Below, piece after piece: positions 37,041-46,967 of a stretch of 64,000 nucleotides of DNA. Both the position numbers and the translations under genes were made by a program. Under the pieces are notes generated by a model. The model worked only from the letters and a program-made list of their open reading frames with translations, made no database searches and had not been told where the DNA came from. Location of the stretch: sequence record NC_061445.1. One strand, given 5' to 3'. Positions within the stretch are counted from its first letter, which is position 1. Each line of letters begins with the position of its first letter.

Positions 37041-37469
37041 ATGGAAGCTAAAATAACGCAGACTGGTACTGAGTGGCACGTTAAAGCGACTCAAAACGAT
37101 CAGCCAAGTAATACGTTCACCGCTGTCTATCACTCCGAAGAAGAGTACGAGAAGTGGATGAACCTGCACAAGAAAGACTTCACTGTAGAAGTGAACGTCG
37201 TTCAGGTGCTGACCATTGAAGTGAAGAAAGGCACCTACCCTGATGTTCAGCCTGTAGTTGACCCGAACGTGACGTACTCGCTCGAAGCGTTTGTCAAAAC
37301 TGCCAACGACTGGGTAGTTATTCGTAGCGGCATCACAACACCAGAAGAAGTTATCCAGCTGGTTGATCGTCTTGATATCAGACAGCGCAAGCCGGAAGAC
37401 GTGACTCATTTCCGTGTCGTGCGTGTCGTGCGTAGTGAAGTAGAACAACTGTGGGGAGAGATGTGGTGA
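37041..37469 (+). CDS. Hypothetical protein
   Basis: 142 aa with GAGG RBS. Confidence 0.7.
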   Translation: MEAKITQTGTEWHVKATQNDQPSNTFTAVYHSEEEYEKWMNLHKKDFTVEVNVVQVLTIEVKKGTYPDVQPVVDPNVTYSLEAFVKTANDWVVIRSGITTPEEVIQLVDRLDIRQRKPEDVTHFRVVRVVRSEVEQLWGEMW

Positions 37470-37600
37470 GTGACAAAGAGCCATACTCACGTTGCGAAGA
37501 CTGCCGTACACCTCTAGCAGAAGATGAAGTGTACGGCGAGTACGACGATCTGTGTGAGAACTGCTGTGCTGATCGCGAAGATGATGGAGAGCCAACATAA
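37466..37600 (+). CDS. 44-aa zinc-finger mini-protein (CEDC...CENC)
   Basis: Below the track cutoff. GTG 37466 after GGGGAG; TAA overlaps the next ATG. Confidence 0.6.
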   Translation: MSDKEPYSRCEDCRTPLAEDEVYGEYDDLCENCCADREDDGEPT

Positions 37601-37917
37601 TGTTGCGTAAACTTTGGGTAGCTATAGGCTTCAAATTTCCTACGGTTGCTGACGCTATGCGTAAACGACAGGCATGTACACGCGTTGGCTATAAGAGCTA
37701 CTGCGTTATGAACCGTGCTGGATTCGCAGAGGCATTCACGCATCACCTGCATGAATACCGAGATTCTAGCCCATCGTTGGCCGTGCTTAATAAACACAAA
37801 CACGAAGACGTGGCAGCAAAAGCGCAGCGTATGGATTATCCGTGTGTTGTCGTCTTTGCTGATGACGGCTTCTCTGCAATTGCAATTGATCCACCTACTA
37901 TGGAGCGCCATGTATGA
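37600..37917 (+). CDS. Hypothetical protein
   Basis: Coupled start. Confidence 0.6.
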   Translation: MLRKLWVAIGFKFPTVADAMRKRQACTRVGYKSYCVMNRAGFAEAFTHHLHEYRDSSPSLAVLNKHKHEDVAAKAQRMDYPCVVVFADDGFSAIAIDPPTMERHV

Positions 37918-38267
37918 AACTGACAAAGCTGCCGCGTTACTTGTGGCTTACAGGCAAACAGGTGACGTACTTCTTCAAGCTGCTTAAAGCGAATCGTGAA
38001 CTCGCTGCTATGGAGCATGAAGCCGAAGTGCTCAAAGCTCTGCACGATCTCACTGAGCGCGATATGCAGAACGGAACTATTATCTGCATCAAGGTGCTTT
38101 CGTTTTTTCAGGAGTTGAAGCGCCCTCGTGGTGTGAAGTTCAATCTCCCCTACCTGTGGCCGAAGCGTGACCTGATTCGCTTGCTTAACAAGAACGGTGT
38201 TGCAGTAGGCCCAGTGCCGAACTACTTCGCAGCTTTCCATCAACTCGTAGACAAAGGGTTTAAGTGA
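37914..38267 (+). CDS. Hypothetical protein
   Basis: ATGA overlap. Confidence 0.6.
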   Translation: MKLTKLPRYLWLTGKQVTYFFKLLKANRELAAMEHEAEVLKALHDLTERDMQNGTIICIKVLSFFQELKRPRGVKFNLPYLWPKRDLIRLLNKNGVAVGPVPNYFAAFHQLVDKGFK

Positions 38268-38986
38268 TGAACCACCTAGAACATTTAGATGCAATCAAAC
38301 AAATCACTGTTGACCAGATTCAAGCGTTCTCAGGTATCGCAGAAGTAATGCACGAACGGGGTCGCATTCAGCCTGAAATCTTTACCGAAGTGTGGCAGCG
38401 CACCGTATGCGAACAGCTTGGTCTGAACTACGATCACTGGCGCTACTACAACGAACTGGCTAACTTCATGACTCTGGGCATGGTGCCATACATGCCTGTG
38501 CTGCAAATTGCTGTGACTGCTTTTGTAGGCGCTGACGTGCGCGAGACATTAGACCGCTTCTCTCGATACGATAAAGAGCTGATCGTATCTGCCTATGAAG
38601 TCGGCAACGAGTGGGTGCTCGACAATCATCGTTTGGTCTGTACGTGTCGCGCTATCGACTCCTTAGTTAGTTTGTACTCGACGCACAAGTTGGAGATTGA
38701 CGAACAGGAAGAGAATCGTTGTGTAGCCTACCCGGGAATGCCGAACATGCCGCACCAGTTTGTTGAAATGTACAAGCTGATTGACGAGGCTCGTCTGATT
38801 GTTAGTGGTCGTTGGCGTACACCTCTGCGTTATTTCCATTCGAGAGAGCGTGACTACATCTGGAACTATCCGCCAACAATGTCAACTAAAGGTAACGTCA
38901 TCATTCAGACAGACGCAGGCACTATCTATCTGAATGGCGCGCCTAAGCGCGGTGATACTAACGCAAACCATTTACGCTCAGTGTAA
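38264..38986 (+). CDS. Hypothetical protein
   Basis: 240-aa ORF. Confidence 0.65.
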   Translation: MMNHLEHLDAIKQITVDQIQAFSGIAEVMHERGRIQPEIFTEVWQRTVCEQLGLNYDHWRYYNELANFMTLGMVPYMPVLQIAVTAFVGADVRETLDRFSRYDKELIVSAYEVGNEWVLDNHRLVCTCRAIDSLVSLYSTHKLEIDEQEENRCVAYPGMPNMPHQFVEMYKLIDEARLIVSGRWRTPLRYFHSRERDYIWNYPPTMSTKGNVIIQTDAGTIYLNGAPKRGDTNANHLRSV

Positions 38987-38995
38987 GGGGCAATC

Positions 38996-39658
38996 ATGAA
39001 CATCATTCAATTCCTCATGGATGAGGACGAAGTACAGGACGCATTCGTTGCGTATCGCACTGACCCTACCGATGAAAACAAACGTCGTGTGATCGAAACG
39101 CTTTTGCGTGAACAAGCGTCAGCAACTAACGTAACAGAGAAAGCTACGGTGCTGGGTAAGCCTCCACATCGTTTTGTGCTTATTCCACAAACAGACGCTA
39201 TCACTCGTGAGCGAGTAGAAACCAGTGAAGGTCAGATTAGCTGGGACAGGCCCGTTGATCGTAGACTACTCGATCTGGCGAAGTGTGCTACCCGTGTCAG
39301 TAATCACGTACACGAACTTGGTGGCTCTGCTGTGTTTGTGCGATTCACTGCCGAAGAGTGGCACGAGACTTTCCTGACTCAGGGCCTTCCGATGTATCTT
39401 GCGGCGATGCAAGAAGCCTTGCAGGAAACAGAGAGTCTCGAAGCTATCGCAGTCTCTATGGAGAAACTAATTCGCGTTGTCGGTAACATGACCGAACTTG
39501 CATATTCAAAACGACTGATAGGTCAGATGTATGCCGTTGCCGAAAACAGACACGACGACACTGTTAGCCCTGCGCTTGTCGCCATGGTAGATCTGGGGAG
39601 AACGAAGAACATCCCTGCTATCTGTAAAGAGACAGAAGACGAGAACGAGGAAGAATAA
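38996..39658 (+). CDS. Hypothetical protein
   Basis: 220-aa ORF. Confidence 0.65.
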   Translation: MNIIQFLMDEDEVQDAFVAYRTDPTDENKRRVIETLLREQASATNVTEKATVLGKPPHRFVLIPQTDAITRERVETSEGQISWDRPVDRRLLDLAKCATRVSNHVHELGGSAVFVRFTAEEWHETFLTQGLPMYLAAMQEALQETESLEAIAVSMEKLIRVVGNMTELAYSKRLIGQMYAVAENRHDDTVSPALVAMVDLGRTKNIPAICKETEDENEEE

Positions 39659-40030
39659 ATGATCAAACAAATCCCAAGACAACTTTCGACCAAAGATCGT
39701 AGTCTGTCTATCGACGGCTTTGCTTCTACAGTCAATCTGGAAAACTATACTGCTGTCGTTCGCGGTCCGTGGAAGTTATTGCGCGGCACTAACACCAGTG
39801 GTAACTTCACTATCGTGCTGGTGGGCCCTCATGCCGTCCCCTCGAATTTGGTAGGCATTCAAATCTTAATGGCTGCTGGCTTCTCTGATGTTGACGCGAT
39901 GCTGGCACTCGGCGTTTCACGTAATGAATATCGTGCATGGACAAAAACGCAGCGCACTCGCAAACGCGAAGCAGCCGCACAACCACGCATGGGCAATACA
40001 ACTTCACTCGACGATCTCCAGAGGAAATAA
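39659..40030 (+). CDS. Hypothetical protein, possible C-terminal helix-turn-helix
   Basis: GFSDVDAMLALGVSRNEYRAW. Confidence 0.55.
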   Translation: MIKQIPRQLSTKDRSLSIDGFASTVNLENYTAVVRGPWKLLRGTNTSGNFTIVLVGPHAVPSNLVGIQILMAAGFSDVDAMLALGVSRNEYRAWTKTQRTRKREAAAQPRMGNTTSLDDLQRK

Positions 40031-40031
40031 G

Positions 40032-40814
40032 ATGAAACAGTTATTCGTAGGCAGTCACCCAAATACAGTTCGCTTCTCTGATCTCGATGCGCGTGATCGC
40101 GTGTGTGAGATTCGTGTACTGATCGCAAATGCGTATACTATCCTGCGCGATGCTATCGGTGAGAAAGCCAAAGACGAAGCGAACGTCTTCCACGGCCCGT
40201 GGCTTGTGTTTCGTAACCTGATGAACGAGCACCCAGCATCCTGTCTTGAAGAGTTTCGTCACGCTTCAATCTACTTCGATGCAGATACCGAAAACATGGT
40301 GACTGAGATCGCTGACCTGATCGAACAGCACAACGAGCTGGTTCGTCAGGACTACGAACGAAAAGGCATTCACAGGCATCAGGCAGATGCAATGATCAGT
40401 ATTGACGATACTATCAAAAATACTGCGCGTGAAGTAACGATGCGTGTCGGCGCAGGTAAGACGCGCAGTGTTGTAGGTGAGATTGAGAGTAACAATCCAC
40501 ATCTGATGTTGGCAGATAATGTTCGAGCGTATACGCAGTTTGCAGCCAAGACCACATCGGTATTTGCGTTCTGCTCGCGTTTGACCAAGAAATTGGGATC
40601 TGATTGTTATGATCGCTACGACGACATGACCCAGGAAGAAATGATCGACTGCGTACACGGTCTCATTCTCGCTTCATCTAAAAGTGTAGATCAAATTCAG
40701 CGCCATGTACGTCAGTGCATCGAAGCCTTATCCATGCCTAAGTGTAAGGCTGATGGTGACTTCGACTTCAAAGTAGGTGGCGGTGACAATGGCACATTTG
40801 ACTTCCGTATGTAA
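40032..40814 (+). CDS. Hypothetical protein
   Basis: ATG 40032 after GAGG. Confidence 0.65.
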   Translation: MKQLFVGSHPNTVRFSDLDARDRVCEIRVLIANAYTILRDAIGEKAKDEANVFHGPWLVFRNLMNEHPASCLEEFRHASIYFDADTENMVTEIADLIEQHNELVRQDYERKGIHRHQADAMISIDDTIKNTAREVTMRVGAGKTRSVVGEIESNNPHLMLADNVRAYTQFAAKTTSVFAFCSRLTKKLGSDCYDRYDDMTQEEMIDCVHGLILASSKSVDQIQRHVRQCIEALSMPKCKADGDFDFKVGGGDNGTFDFRM

Positions 40815-40992
40815 ACGTTACTGGCGCGAAGCAATGGTGCTGGCAGTGCTTGTCATCATTGCTTTCGCTTTACCTTATTTCGAAGTACGCAACCCAATGC
40901 TGACTATGCTGGTGGCTGTCATCGTTGCTGTGTACTTCTTTGCTACGTGGGCATGCAAGCCTCGTCACGGAGATAACAGTGAAAAAGAATGA
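40777..40992 (+). CDS. Small membrane protein (start uncertain)
   Basis: Two hydrophobic stretches. Confidence 0.5.
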   Translation: MAVTMAHLTSVCKRYWREAMVLAVLVIIAFALPYFEVRNPMLTMLVAVIVAVYFFATWACKPRHGDNSEKE

Positions 40993-41530
40993 GATCGTGT
41001 TGAGCAAGGAAGAAATTGCTGAGGGTGTTGAGAAGATCAATCACGCGCTGTTGCTTATTGGTCTTCGCTGCAACGAAGGTGATGTCGGTTACGAGACTGT
41101 GTACACTGACGACCACGGTGAAACACAGGGAGGCTGGTACGCCGAGTTCGATACTAAGTCCCGGGAGAAACTGCGTAACTCTAAGCAAGTGTCGTGGCGT
41201 AACGTTGGTATGATTAGCGGTGATACGCTTGACAGCATTCTCAAAACAATAACGAACTTGAAGTTCCGCAACTGTGTGAAAGAACCAACGCCGCTGCAAG
41301 TTCGTCGCGCAGAGCACAAGCAGAACAAAGTCGAATCGACCAAGCGAGCGCTTGAGATCTTCAACTCTGCCCAGCCTCTGTCTGATGGTGATCTGCACAT
41401 CTGCATTGAGCACTTCCGCACTCTGGAAGAAATGATCAAAGCAGACCCGATGTTGAAACTGGCGCTGCCGTATGTTGTAAACAACCTGTATCAACTCGAA
41501 AACTATCTTCGCGCACGTAAAAGCAAGTAA
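40979..41530 (+). CDS. Hypothetical protein
   Basis: GTG 40979 after GGAG. Confidence 0.6.
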   Translation: MKKNEIVLSKEEIAEGVEKINHALLLIGLRCNEGDVGYETVYTDDHGETQGGWYAEFDTKSREKLRNSKQVSWRNVGMISGDTLDSILKTITNLKFRNCVKEPTPLQVRRAEHKQNKVESTKRALEIFNSAQPLSDGDLHICIEHFRTLEEMIKADPMLKLALPYVVNNLYQLENYLRARKSK

Positions 41531-41536
41531 CAATCG

Positions 41537-41562
41537 TGGGAGACTCTTAACGGGGTTTCCCA
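41537..41562 (+). terminator. Hairpin, possible terminator
   Basis: TGGGAGAC...GTTTCCCA; similar to the hairpin at about 50000. Confidence 0.5.
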
Positions 41563-41588
41563 TTAGTCATTTCTGGAGCAAAATTCGC

Positions 41589-42569
41589 ATGAGACTTGGA
41601 TTCGCCTGTAAGCTGATTGACGCACAAGGCAAGCAACCGTACCCAAACAAAAGCATTAGCTACACGCACTTTGCAAAACTCGATCTCGACCAGCGTCGTC
41701 AAAAGCTACTCGACATTGTGACCGTCAACCTGACGTCACTGTACGATATGATCGCACACGTTGCGATGTTACGCCGAGACATGCGCATGTTTCGTATCAC
41801 CAGCGAATTGCTCCCGCTGTTCACGCACCCACAAGTTGCGCACTTATACCAAGAGCGTGAACTTGCCGCGCACATCGAACACTGGTTGTGGAAGTGCGGT
41901 ACGTTAGCTCAGTCATCTGGCGTTAGACTTTCGTTTCACCCAGGTCAGTTTACCGTGCTCGCATCTGATCGACCTGACGTTGTGCTCAATTCAATCCACG
42001 AACTTGAGTACCATGCGTACTGCGCCTATCACATGGGGTACGGTCGACGCTTTCAAGACTTCAAGATCAACATTCACCTGTCTGGTCGTCTTGGTGCTAA
42101 AGGCTTTCGTGCTGCACACTCAAAACTTTCTGATCACTGCCGAAAGATGTTGACCGTTGAGAACGACGAGATCACGTCCAGCATTGAGGACTGTCTTGAG
42201 CTTGCGGACATTTGCCCGATTGTGCTCGATATTCATCATCACTGGGTAATGACTAACGAGTACATACAGCCGACCGATGATCGTGTGCAACGTGTCATTG
42301 AGTCGTGGCGAGGCATTACACCGACAGCGCATTACTCTGTGTCTAAGCCTGAGTTCGTGCCGTCGCGTGGTCTGCCAGATCAAAACAAGCTGACTGCTAA
42401 TCGAATGCAGCTACGCGCACACTCTGACTACTACCACAACGATGACGTAAACGAGTGGGCCCTCAGCTTCACTGATTTTGACTTAATGTGCGAGTCGAAA
42501 GCGAAGAATCTCGCTCGTGCAAAATTGGCGTGTTTTACAGCGAACTCTGCAAATAACTGGACAAAATAA
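41589..42569 (+). CDS. uvsE: UV-damage endonuclease (UvsE/UVDE)
   Basis: RLGFAC, FRITSELLP, RLSFHPGQF, LTVEND, LDIHHH, AHSDY and MCESKAK motifs. Confidence 0.9.
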   Translation: MRLGFACKLIDAQGKQPYPNKSISYTHFAKLDLDQRRQKLLDIVTVNLTSLYDMIAHVAMLRRDMRMFRITSELLPLFTHPQVAHLYQERELAAHIEHWLWKCGTLAQSSGVRLSFHPGQFTVLASDRPDVVLNSIHELEYHAYCAYHMGYGRRFQDFKINIHLSGRLGAKGFRAAHSKLSDHCRKMLTVENDEITSSIEDCLELADICPIVLDIHHHWVMTNEYIQPTDDRVQRVIESWRGITPTAHYSVSKPEFVPSRGLPDQNKLTANRMQLRAHSDYYHNDDVNEWALSFTDFDLMCESKAKNLARAKLACFTANSANNWTK

Positions 42570-42622
42570 GGCTTGTTTCTGATGGTTGCCCTATGATACA
42601 CTGTTTATGAGCACTTTTGCTC
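42549..42622 (+). promoter_or_regulatory. Composite early promoter element, copy 5
   Basis: CTGGACAAAA 42557; TG-a-TACACT 42597; GAGCA/TGCTC hairpin. Confidence 0.7.
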
Positions 42623-42649
42623 GTTATAACTAGACAGAGGAAATAGACA

Positions 42650-42952
42650 ATGTTCAATACAACAACCATCGTGAAGAAAGCAAGCGCTGTCCAGAACGTC
42701 AACCACTCTTTTGGCATTACCGGTATCACACCGACTAACCGCATCTCCTGCGTTTGGCCTGGCGCTCTGGAAGTACCTGCGAATATCAAACGTTGGTGTC
42801 GTGTAAACGAAATCACCAATGACCTTGATGCTTACATGCGTGTTCGCTTCAAGGGTCGTCGTGCAGACATTCTGAATTTGGTTGCTAAACATTTAGCGCC
42901 GAACAATCCTGAACTGGCTGTGCGTATTCTCGCTACTATCACTGAGGCCTAA
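42650..42952 (+). CDS. Hypothetical protein
   Basis: 100 aa with GAGG RBS. Confidence 0.7.
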   Translation: MFNTTTIVKKASAVQNVNHSFGITGITPTNRISCVWPGALEVPANIKRWCRVNEITNDLDAYMRVRFKGRRADILNLVAKHLAPNNPELAVRILATITEA

Positions 42953-42953
42953 A

Positions 42954-43217
42954 ATGAAAGTCCAAGCAATGGAAGCTATTTACGGTGCTACGAACACCAA
43001 CACTTCTCTCGTAGAGAAGCGGGGCTTCCGTACTGTCGAATCGAAATACGTCGATGGAACGGAGGTTAGATTACAACGTCTATCACACGATATACATGAA
43101 CGTGTGGTTGTGGGTTACGACCGTTTTGGTCGAGCTGTGTATGGAACACAAGTACCACAATCCACGTTCGAAGTGCGTGACAGCAAGGAAAGCGAACCGA
43201 ATAACACGGCGCCCTAG
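42954..43217 (+). CDS. Hypothetical protein
   Basis: 87-aa ORF. Confidence 0.55.
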   Translation: MKVQAMEAIYGATNTNTSLVEKRGFRTVESKYVDGTEVRLQRLSHDIHERVVVGYDRFGRAVYGTQVPQSTFEVRDSKESEPNNTAP

Positions 43218-43288
43218 CAAGCTCACAACCAGAAGCCATAGAATAACCAACAATAAATTCATGCGCTGACCTATCGTGGGGTGTCAAA

Positions 43289-43666
43289 ATGATTGTCATT
43301 TGTAACAGTTCAAAACAGTTTTGTGCTGATCGCCTAGCACATGGGGATGCTTTTGTTTTTGGGAAGACACGCATGTTACTACGTGCTGACTTCATCGTCC
43401 TGACCGACAAGAACAATTGCTTCTATGTAGTACGCAAATCTGATGTTGTTTGGGCTCCCGAGCTTACGGGTGCGACGCATGTGATTAAAATCCGGGCGTT
43501 CGCCCAGATTAAGCCGTTCGAACTTAACGCAGCATGTCCTCAGTTCAATAGCCGTGTGTTTGGAACAATCGCGTTCCGTAACCCACACTTCGAACATAGA
43601 CTTAGCGGTCTAAACTATGTAGAGACAATCTTCGGAGGTTTACATGGCACGGTATCATGTGTTTAG
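43289..43666 (+). CDS. Hypothetical protein
   Basis: 125-aa ORF. Confidence 0.55.
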   Translation: MIVICNSSKQFCADRLAHGDAFVFGKTRMLLRADFIVLTDKNNCFYVVRKSDVVWAPELTGATHVIKIRAFAQIKPFELNAACPQFNSRVFGTIAFRNPHFEHRLSGLNYVETIFGGLHGTVSCV

Positions 43667-43895
43667 CGCTACCCACAAATACTACGGCGAAGCATATCAA
43701 GGTACGTGGCTGAAAGAGATCGCTCTCAACGGCCAGCAAGTATCAGAAGCCGAGTTTAAAGACTTCGAGACCGCAAAGGAATGCGCGGATAAGTTACATC
43801 AGGTTTGCGACATAGGGTGGATCGTCTATAACGCTTTTTCAGAAAGAGCGATGTACGACACCCGTACTGAAAGCCAAGAGTCTGTAAATAACTAG
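43644..43895 (+). CDS. Hypothetical protein
   Basis: GGAGG RBS. Confidence 0.65.
   Translation: MARYHVFSATHKYYGEAYQGTWLKEIALNGQQVSEAEFKDFETAKECADKLHQVCDIGWIVYNAFSERAMYDTRTESQESVNN
43882..43890 (+). promoter_or_regulatory. CTGTAAATA candidate phage-sigma promoter
   Basis: At the end of the upstream gene, before the signal-peptide gene. Confidence 0.4.
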
Positions 43896-43967
43896 CAGGC
43901 TCGCCTGCACTTCTACTCAACGTGGAGCTTACGGGCTTCACAAAATTCACTATCAATGAGGTTCAAA

Positions 43968-44480
43968 ATGAAATTCACTTCAATCGCTATCGCACTGGTC
44001 ATGGCTGCTTCTTCTGCTAACGCTGCAAACTTCAAAGCGCCAGCTCCTGCTGCGGGCATGGAGTCTTCCGGCATGACTATCTCTGACAAACTGGACGACT
44101 CTTGCCTGAGCAAGCTCGCTGCTGCATCTGACCTGCGTGGCGCTGTTGTTGACTTCGCTGTGTCGCGTGATGCTATCGACACGGTAGCTCTTTGGCCTCT
44201 CGTCTGTGCGCCGACTGTCGAATCAAAATCAATCGACGTTGAGCGCTCCGGCGCTGACCTGACTCTGACGTACATCAACAAAGATGCGACGATGCCCAAA
44301 CTCGTTCTGGTGCTGCAACGTGTCAAGTCTGAAAACGACGACGATGCACCTGCGTATCAAGTTGTTCAGGTCGGTGATATGAATGCTATGGGTTATGAAG
44401 AACAGGCCGCCGTCAAAGACTGGCTGCTTGATTGCTATGCAGCTACCGTACAAGATGACCTGACGGTGGTACTGAACTAA
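43968..44480 (+). CDS. Exported protein with Sec signal peptide
   Basis: MKFTSIAIALVMAASSANA signal with AxA cleavage site. Confidence 0.7.
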   Translation: MKFTSIAIALVMAASSANAANFKAPAPAAGMESSGMTISDKLDDSCLSKLAAASDLRGAVVDFAVSRDAIDTVALWPLVCAPTVESKSIDVERSGADLTLTYINKDATMPKLVLVLQRVKSENDDDAPAYQVVQVGDMNAMGYEEQAAVKDWLLDCYAATVQDDLTVVLN

Positions 44481-44788
44481 TGCCAAAGAAGGATATGTCT
44501 GCGTTCAATGCGCAACGCACTTTAATAAACAAAGCCGCATCAACTCCCGCAGATTGGGAAACGTTCAAACAAATGTTACTCAATCTGCGTCTGGCTGTTG
44601 CTGTTGAGCCTCGTCCTGATGCTGCTGTACGTCACCTTGCGCGTACATGGTACACTGACGACAAATACCCGCTGCCTGTCTGCAAAGCAACGCTGTTGAA
44701 ACTTATGGCGTTGAAGAAGGCTAACCGCAATCTTGAAGAAATGATCGCGCTCTATATTGACCTCGAAGGAGAAACAACTAATGTCTGA
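44480..44788 (+). CDS. Hypothetical protein
   Basis: Coupled start. Confidence 0.6.
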   Translation: MPKKDMSAFNAQRTLINKAASTPADWETFKQMLLNLRLAVAVEPRPDAAVRHLARTWYTDDKYPLPVCKATLLKLMALKKANRNLEEMIALYIDLEGETTNV

Positions 44789-45977
44789 TCTGAATGAACT
44801 GTCTGTGGCCGCTCGTCGTCTGTTTGCTAACGGTGATGCTCATGTGCGTGATGCGCTTCGTGCCGTAGCAAACACGGTTATCGCAGACTCTGCTCGATTC
44901 AAGTATGAGTTCTCCGAGCCTGCTGTCGAGTCTGTCTATCGTACTCTCGAAAGTCTGACGTTCTCAGGTGACGGTACGTTGCTTCTGCCCGCAGATGAAA
45001 TTTATGCGTTTGACCAGCTTCTGAACAAGAAGTACCGCGACAACTTCTACTCGTCTGTGTGCAACGTTGCGTTCACTCAACGGCAAACCAACCCGCGTAC
45101 TTCAATGCTCGAAGCGTTCCCGCGCAGCAACGAATACATGTGCGAAATTCTGGCTCGCGCATTTGTGTGGGTGCTGATGCAGACTGGACTGGATAATCTT
45201 CTGGTAAAAGATTGCATCGTTGCTGGTCACACGCGTCTGCCGCAATTCATTATTGCGTTGCAGACAGAAGGTCAAGACGAAGGCTACACCAGCCTGTTCT
45301 CGCTATTCAACCCACTGTCCGATGATTATCAGGTAGTGTCTGCTACAAACTTCTTCCCAGAAGAATACCGTAAGCAGTTGCTGGCAGAAGCTACAGGGAA
45401 TCTGCCGCCTGAGTACCGAGAAGTTGACAACATGACATTCGAACAACTCGGTGCGCTGTTGACTCGTCTTAACTTGGTAGGCCCAGCGTCTGCTAAGAAG
45501 AAATATCGCTGTGGTTGTGAAGGTGATTGCGAAGATGATTGCGATGCGTCTGGCTCCTCTTACAATAACCTTGAAGACTTCGATGACGCCAGCGATCTGC
45601 GTGACGTCTTCTACAACCACTACGGTTGGCCTGACGACGATATCGAAATTGACGACTCTCTGTGGGTAACTGGTAAGTCGAAGATGAAAGTCAACATCGA
45701 CATTCCGGTAGTAACTCTTGCCGAACCTAAAGCTGCGAAAGAGCGTGGCTACAGGTCTAAAAAGATGCCGAAGAAAGCTATGGCTAAGTCCGGCACTCGT
45801 ATTGAACTGGACTACACCCAACAACTGTGGCATCCGGTAACTCTCGATACCGAAGGCGCGAATCGCGTGTTTGCTATCACTCTCGTTTCTCGTCACACGT
45901 CTGGTGTCAATCGCGCAGTAGCTACTGCCCGTGAAGCGTTCGCAATTGCCGCCGTACTTGCTGATCTTGACAAATAA
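44781..45977 (+). CDS. Hypothetical protein with acidic Cys-containing linker
   Basis: ATG 44781 after AGGAG; CGCEGDCEDDCD. Confidence 0.7.
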   Translation: MSDLNELSVAARRLFANGDAHVRDALRAVANTVIADSARFKYEFSEPAVESVYRTLESLTFSGDGTLLLPADEIYAFDQLLNKKYRDNFYSSVCNVAFTQRQTNPRTSMLEAFPRSNEYMCEILARAFVWVLMQTGLDNLLVKDCIVAGHTRLPQFIIALQTEGQDEGYTSLFSLFNPLSDDYQVVSATNFFPEEYRKQLLAEATGNLPPEYREVDNMTFEQLGALLTRLNLVGPASAKKKYRCGCEGDCEDDCDASGSSYNNLEDFDDASDLRDVFYNHYGWPDDDIEIDDSLWVTGKSKMKVNIDIPVVTLAEPKAAKERGYRSKKMPKKAMAKSGTRIELDYTQQLWHPVTLDTEGANRVFAITLVSRHTSGVNRAVATAREAFAIAAVLADLDK

Positions 45978-46045
45978 CTGGACAAACTAGCGCTTCGATT
46001 TGAGGCGCTTTTCTGCTATAATAGCAGCTAGAGCAATATAGCTCT
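45970..46045 (+). promoter_or_regulatory. Composite early promoter element, copy 6
   Basis: CTGGACAAAC 45978; AGCGCTTC/GAGGCGCT dyad; TG-c-TATAAT 46017; AGAGC/GCTCT hairpin. Confidence 0.75.
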
Positions 46046-46089
46046 CAACGTCATTTTTAACTATACGTTTATCACGGGAAACTTTTATA

Positions 46090-46392
46090 ATGTCACGCAA
46101 AATTTCACGCAAGAAAGCAGTCGACCTGATGTCCAAAACTTACAACGCAAAACATCCTGAATATCTTCCGCGTCTGTTAGCCGAAGATATGGACTCGACT
46201 CACCTGTTCGAGTTTCGTGAGATGGTCGTTGCTAAGATTCAGGCAGGCGAAGACCCAACTAAAGTTGTCGATGATATGATCGACACTGCAATTCGTGTGA
46301 CTCAGGTTCGTCGTCGCACCAGCAACGACTACAACCCGAAAATTGCAGACGTACTTACTGACGAACTGCGTGATATGCTCCGTAACCTCTAA
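46090..46392 (+). CDS. Hypothetical protein
   Basis: 100-aa ORF. Confidence 0.65.
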   Translation: MSRKISRKKAVDLMSKTYNAKHPEYLPRLLAEDMDSTHLFEFREMVVAKIQAGEDPTKVVDDMIDTAIRVTQVRRRTSNDYNPKIADVLTDELRDMLRNL

Positions 46393-46400
46393 GGATAAAA

Positions 46401-46955
46401 ATGAAAAGCTACGGTTACTTCTATATTCTGAATCACATCGCTATGGCCGTAGATGCACCCAACAAGGAAGTTGGGTTTAAAGCTCTCGTTGAACTGGACA
46501 TGTTCAATCGCGCATCTATCTTCACTCGTCCTGATAGCGAACCACGCGCTGCAAAGCTCGTTCGTGATCTGACAGACGCTATCTATCCGAAGTCTGCTGA
46601 TGCAAACCCGACTATCGAGCAACGCATGATGCTTGTGCAAGCGCTGCACGATCAGGAACTCGAATCGATCTTAGGTGACATTCGCTTCTTCGTGCCGTTC
46701 GCGTACACGAAAGAGCAATTGACCGAGCAGTTCGGTTTCTTCGATACAGGCGAAGCGCTCAATGTGCCGTACTTCTTACGTCACATGTTCATGGATGATC
46801 AAGCTGTCTTCTGTGACGGCAAGCTGACCAGCTTCGCTCATTCATGTACTCACGGCGAAGTATCTCAGACTGCCCGTCAGTACGGTCTCTTCCCTGCTCA
46901 GGCGTATGGCAAAAACGATATCCCTGAGCGTTACAAACATCTGCCTCTGTTTTAG
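46401..46955 (+). CDS. Hypothetical protein
   Basis: 184 aa with AAGG RBS. Confidence 0.7.
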   Translation: MKSYGYFYILNHIAMAVDAPNKEVGFKALVELDMFNRASIFTRPDSEPRAAKLVRDLTDAIYPKSADANPTIEQRMMLVQALHDQELESILGDIRFFVPFAYTKEQLTEQFGFFDTGEALNVPYFLRHMFMDDQAVFCDGKLTSFAHSCTHGEVSQTARQYGLFPAQAYGKNDIPERYKHLPLF

Positions 46956-46967
46956 GAGACACTGCTC

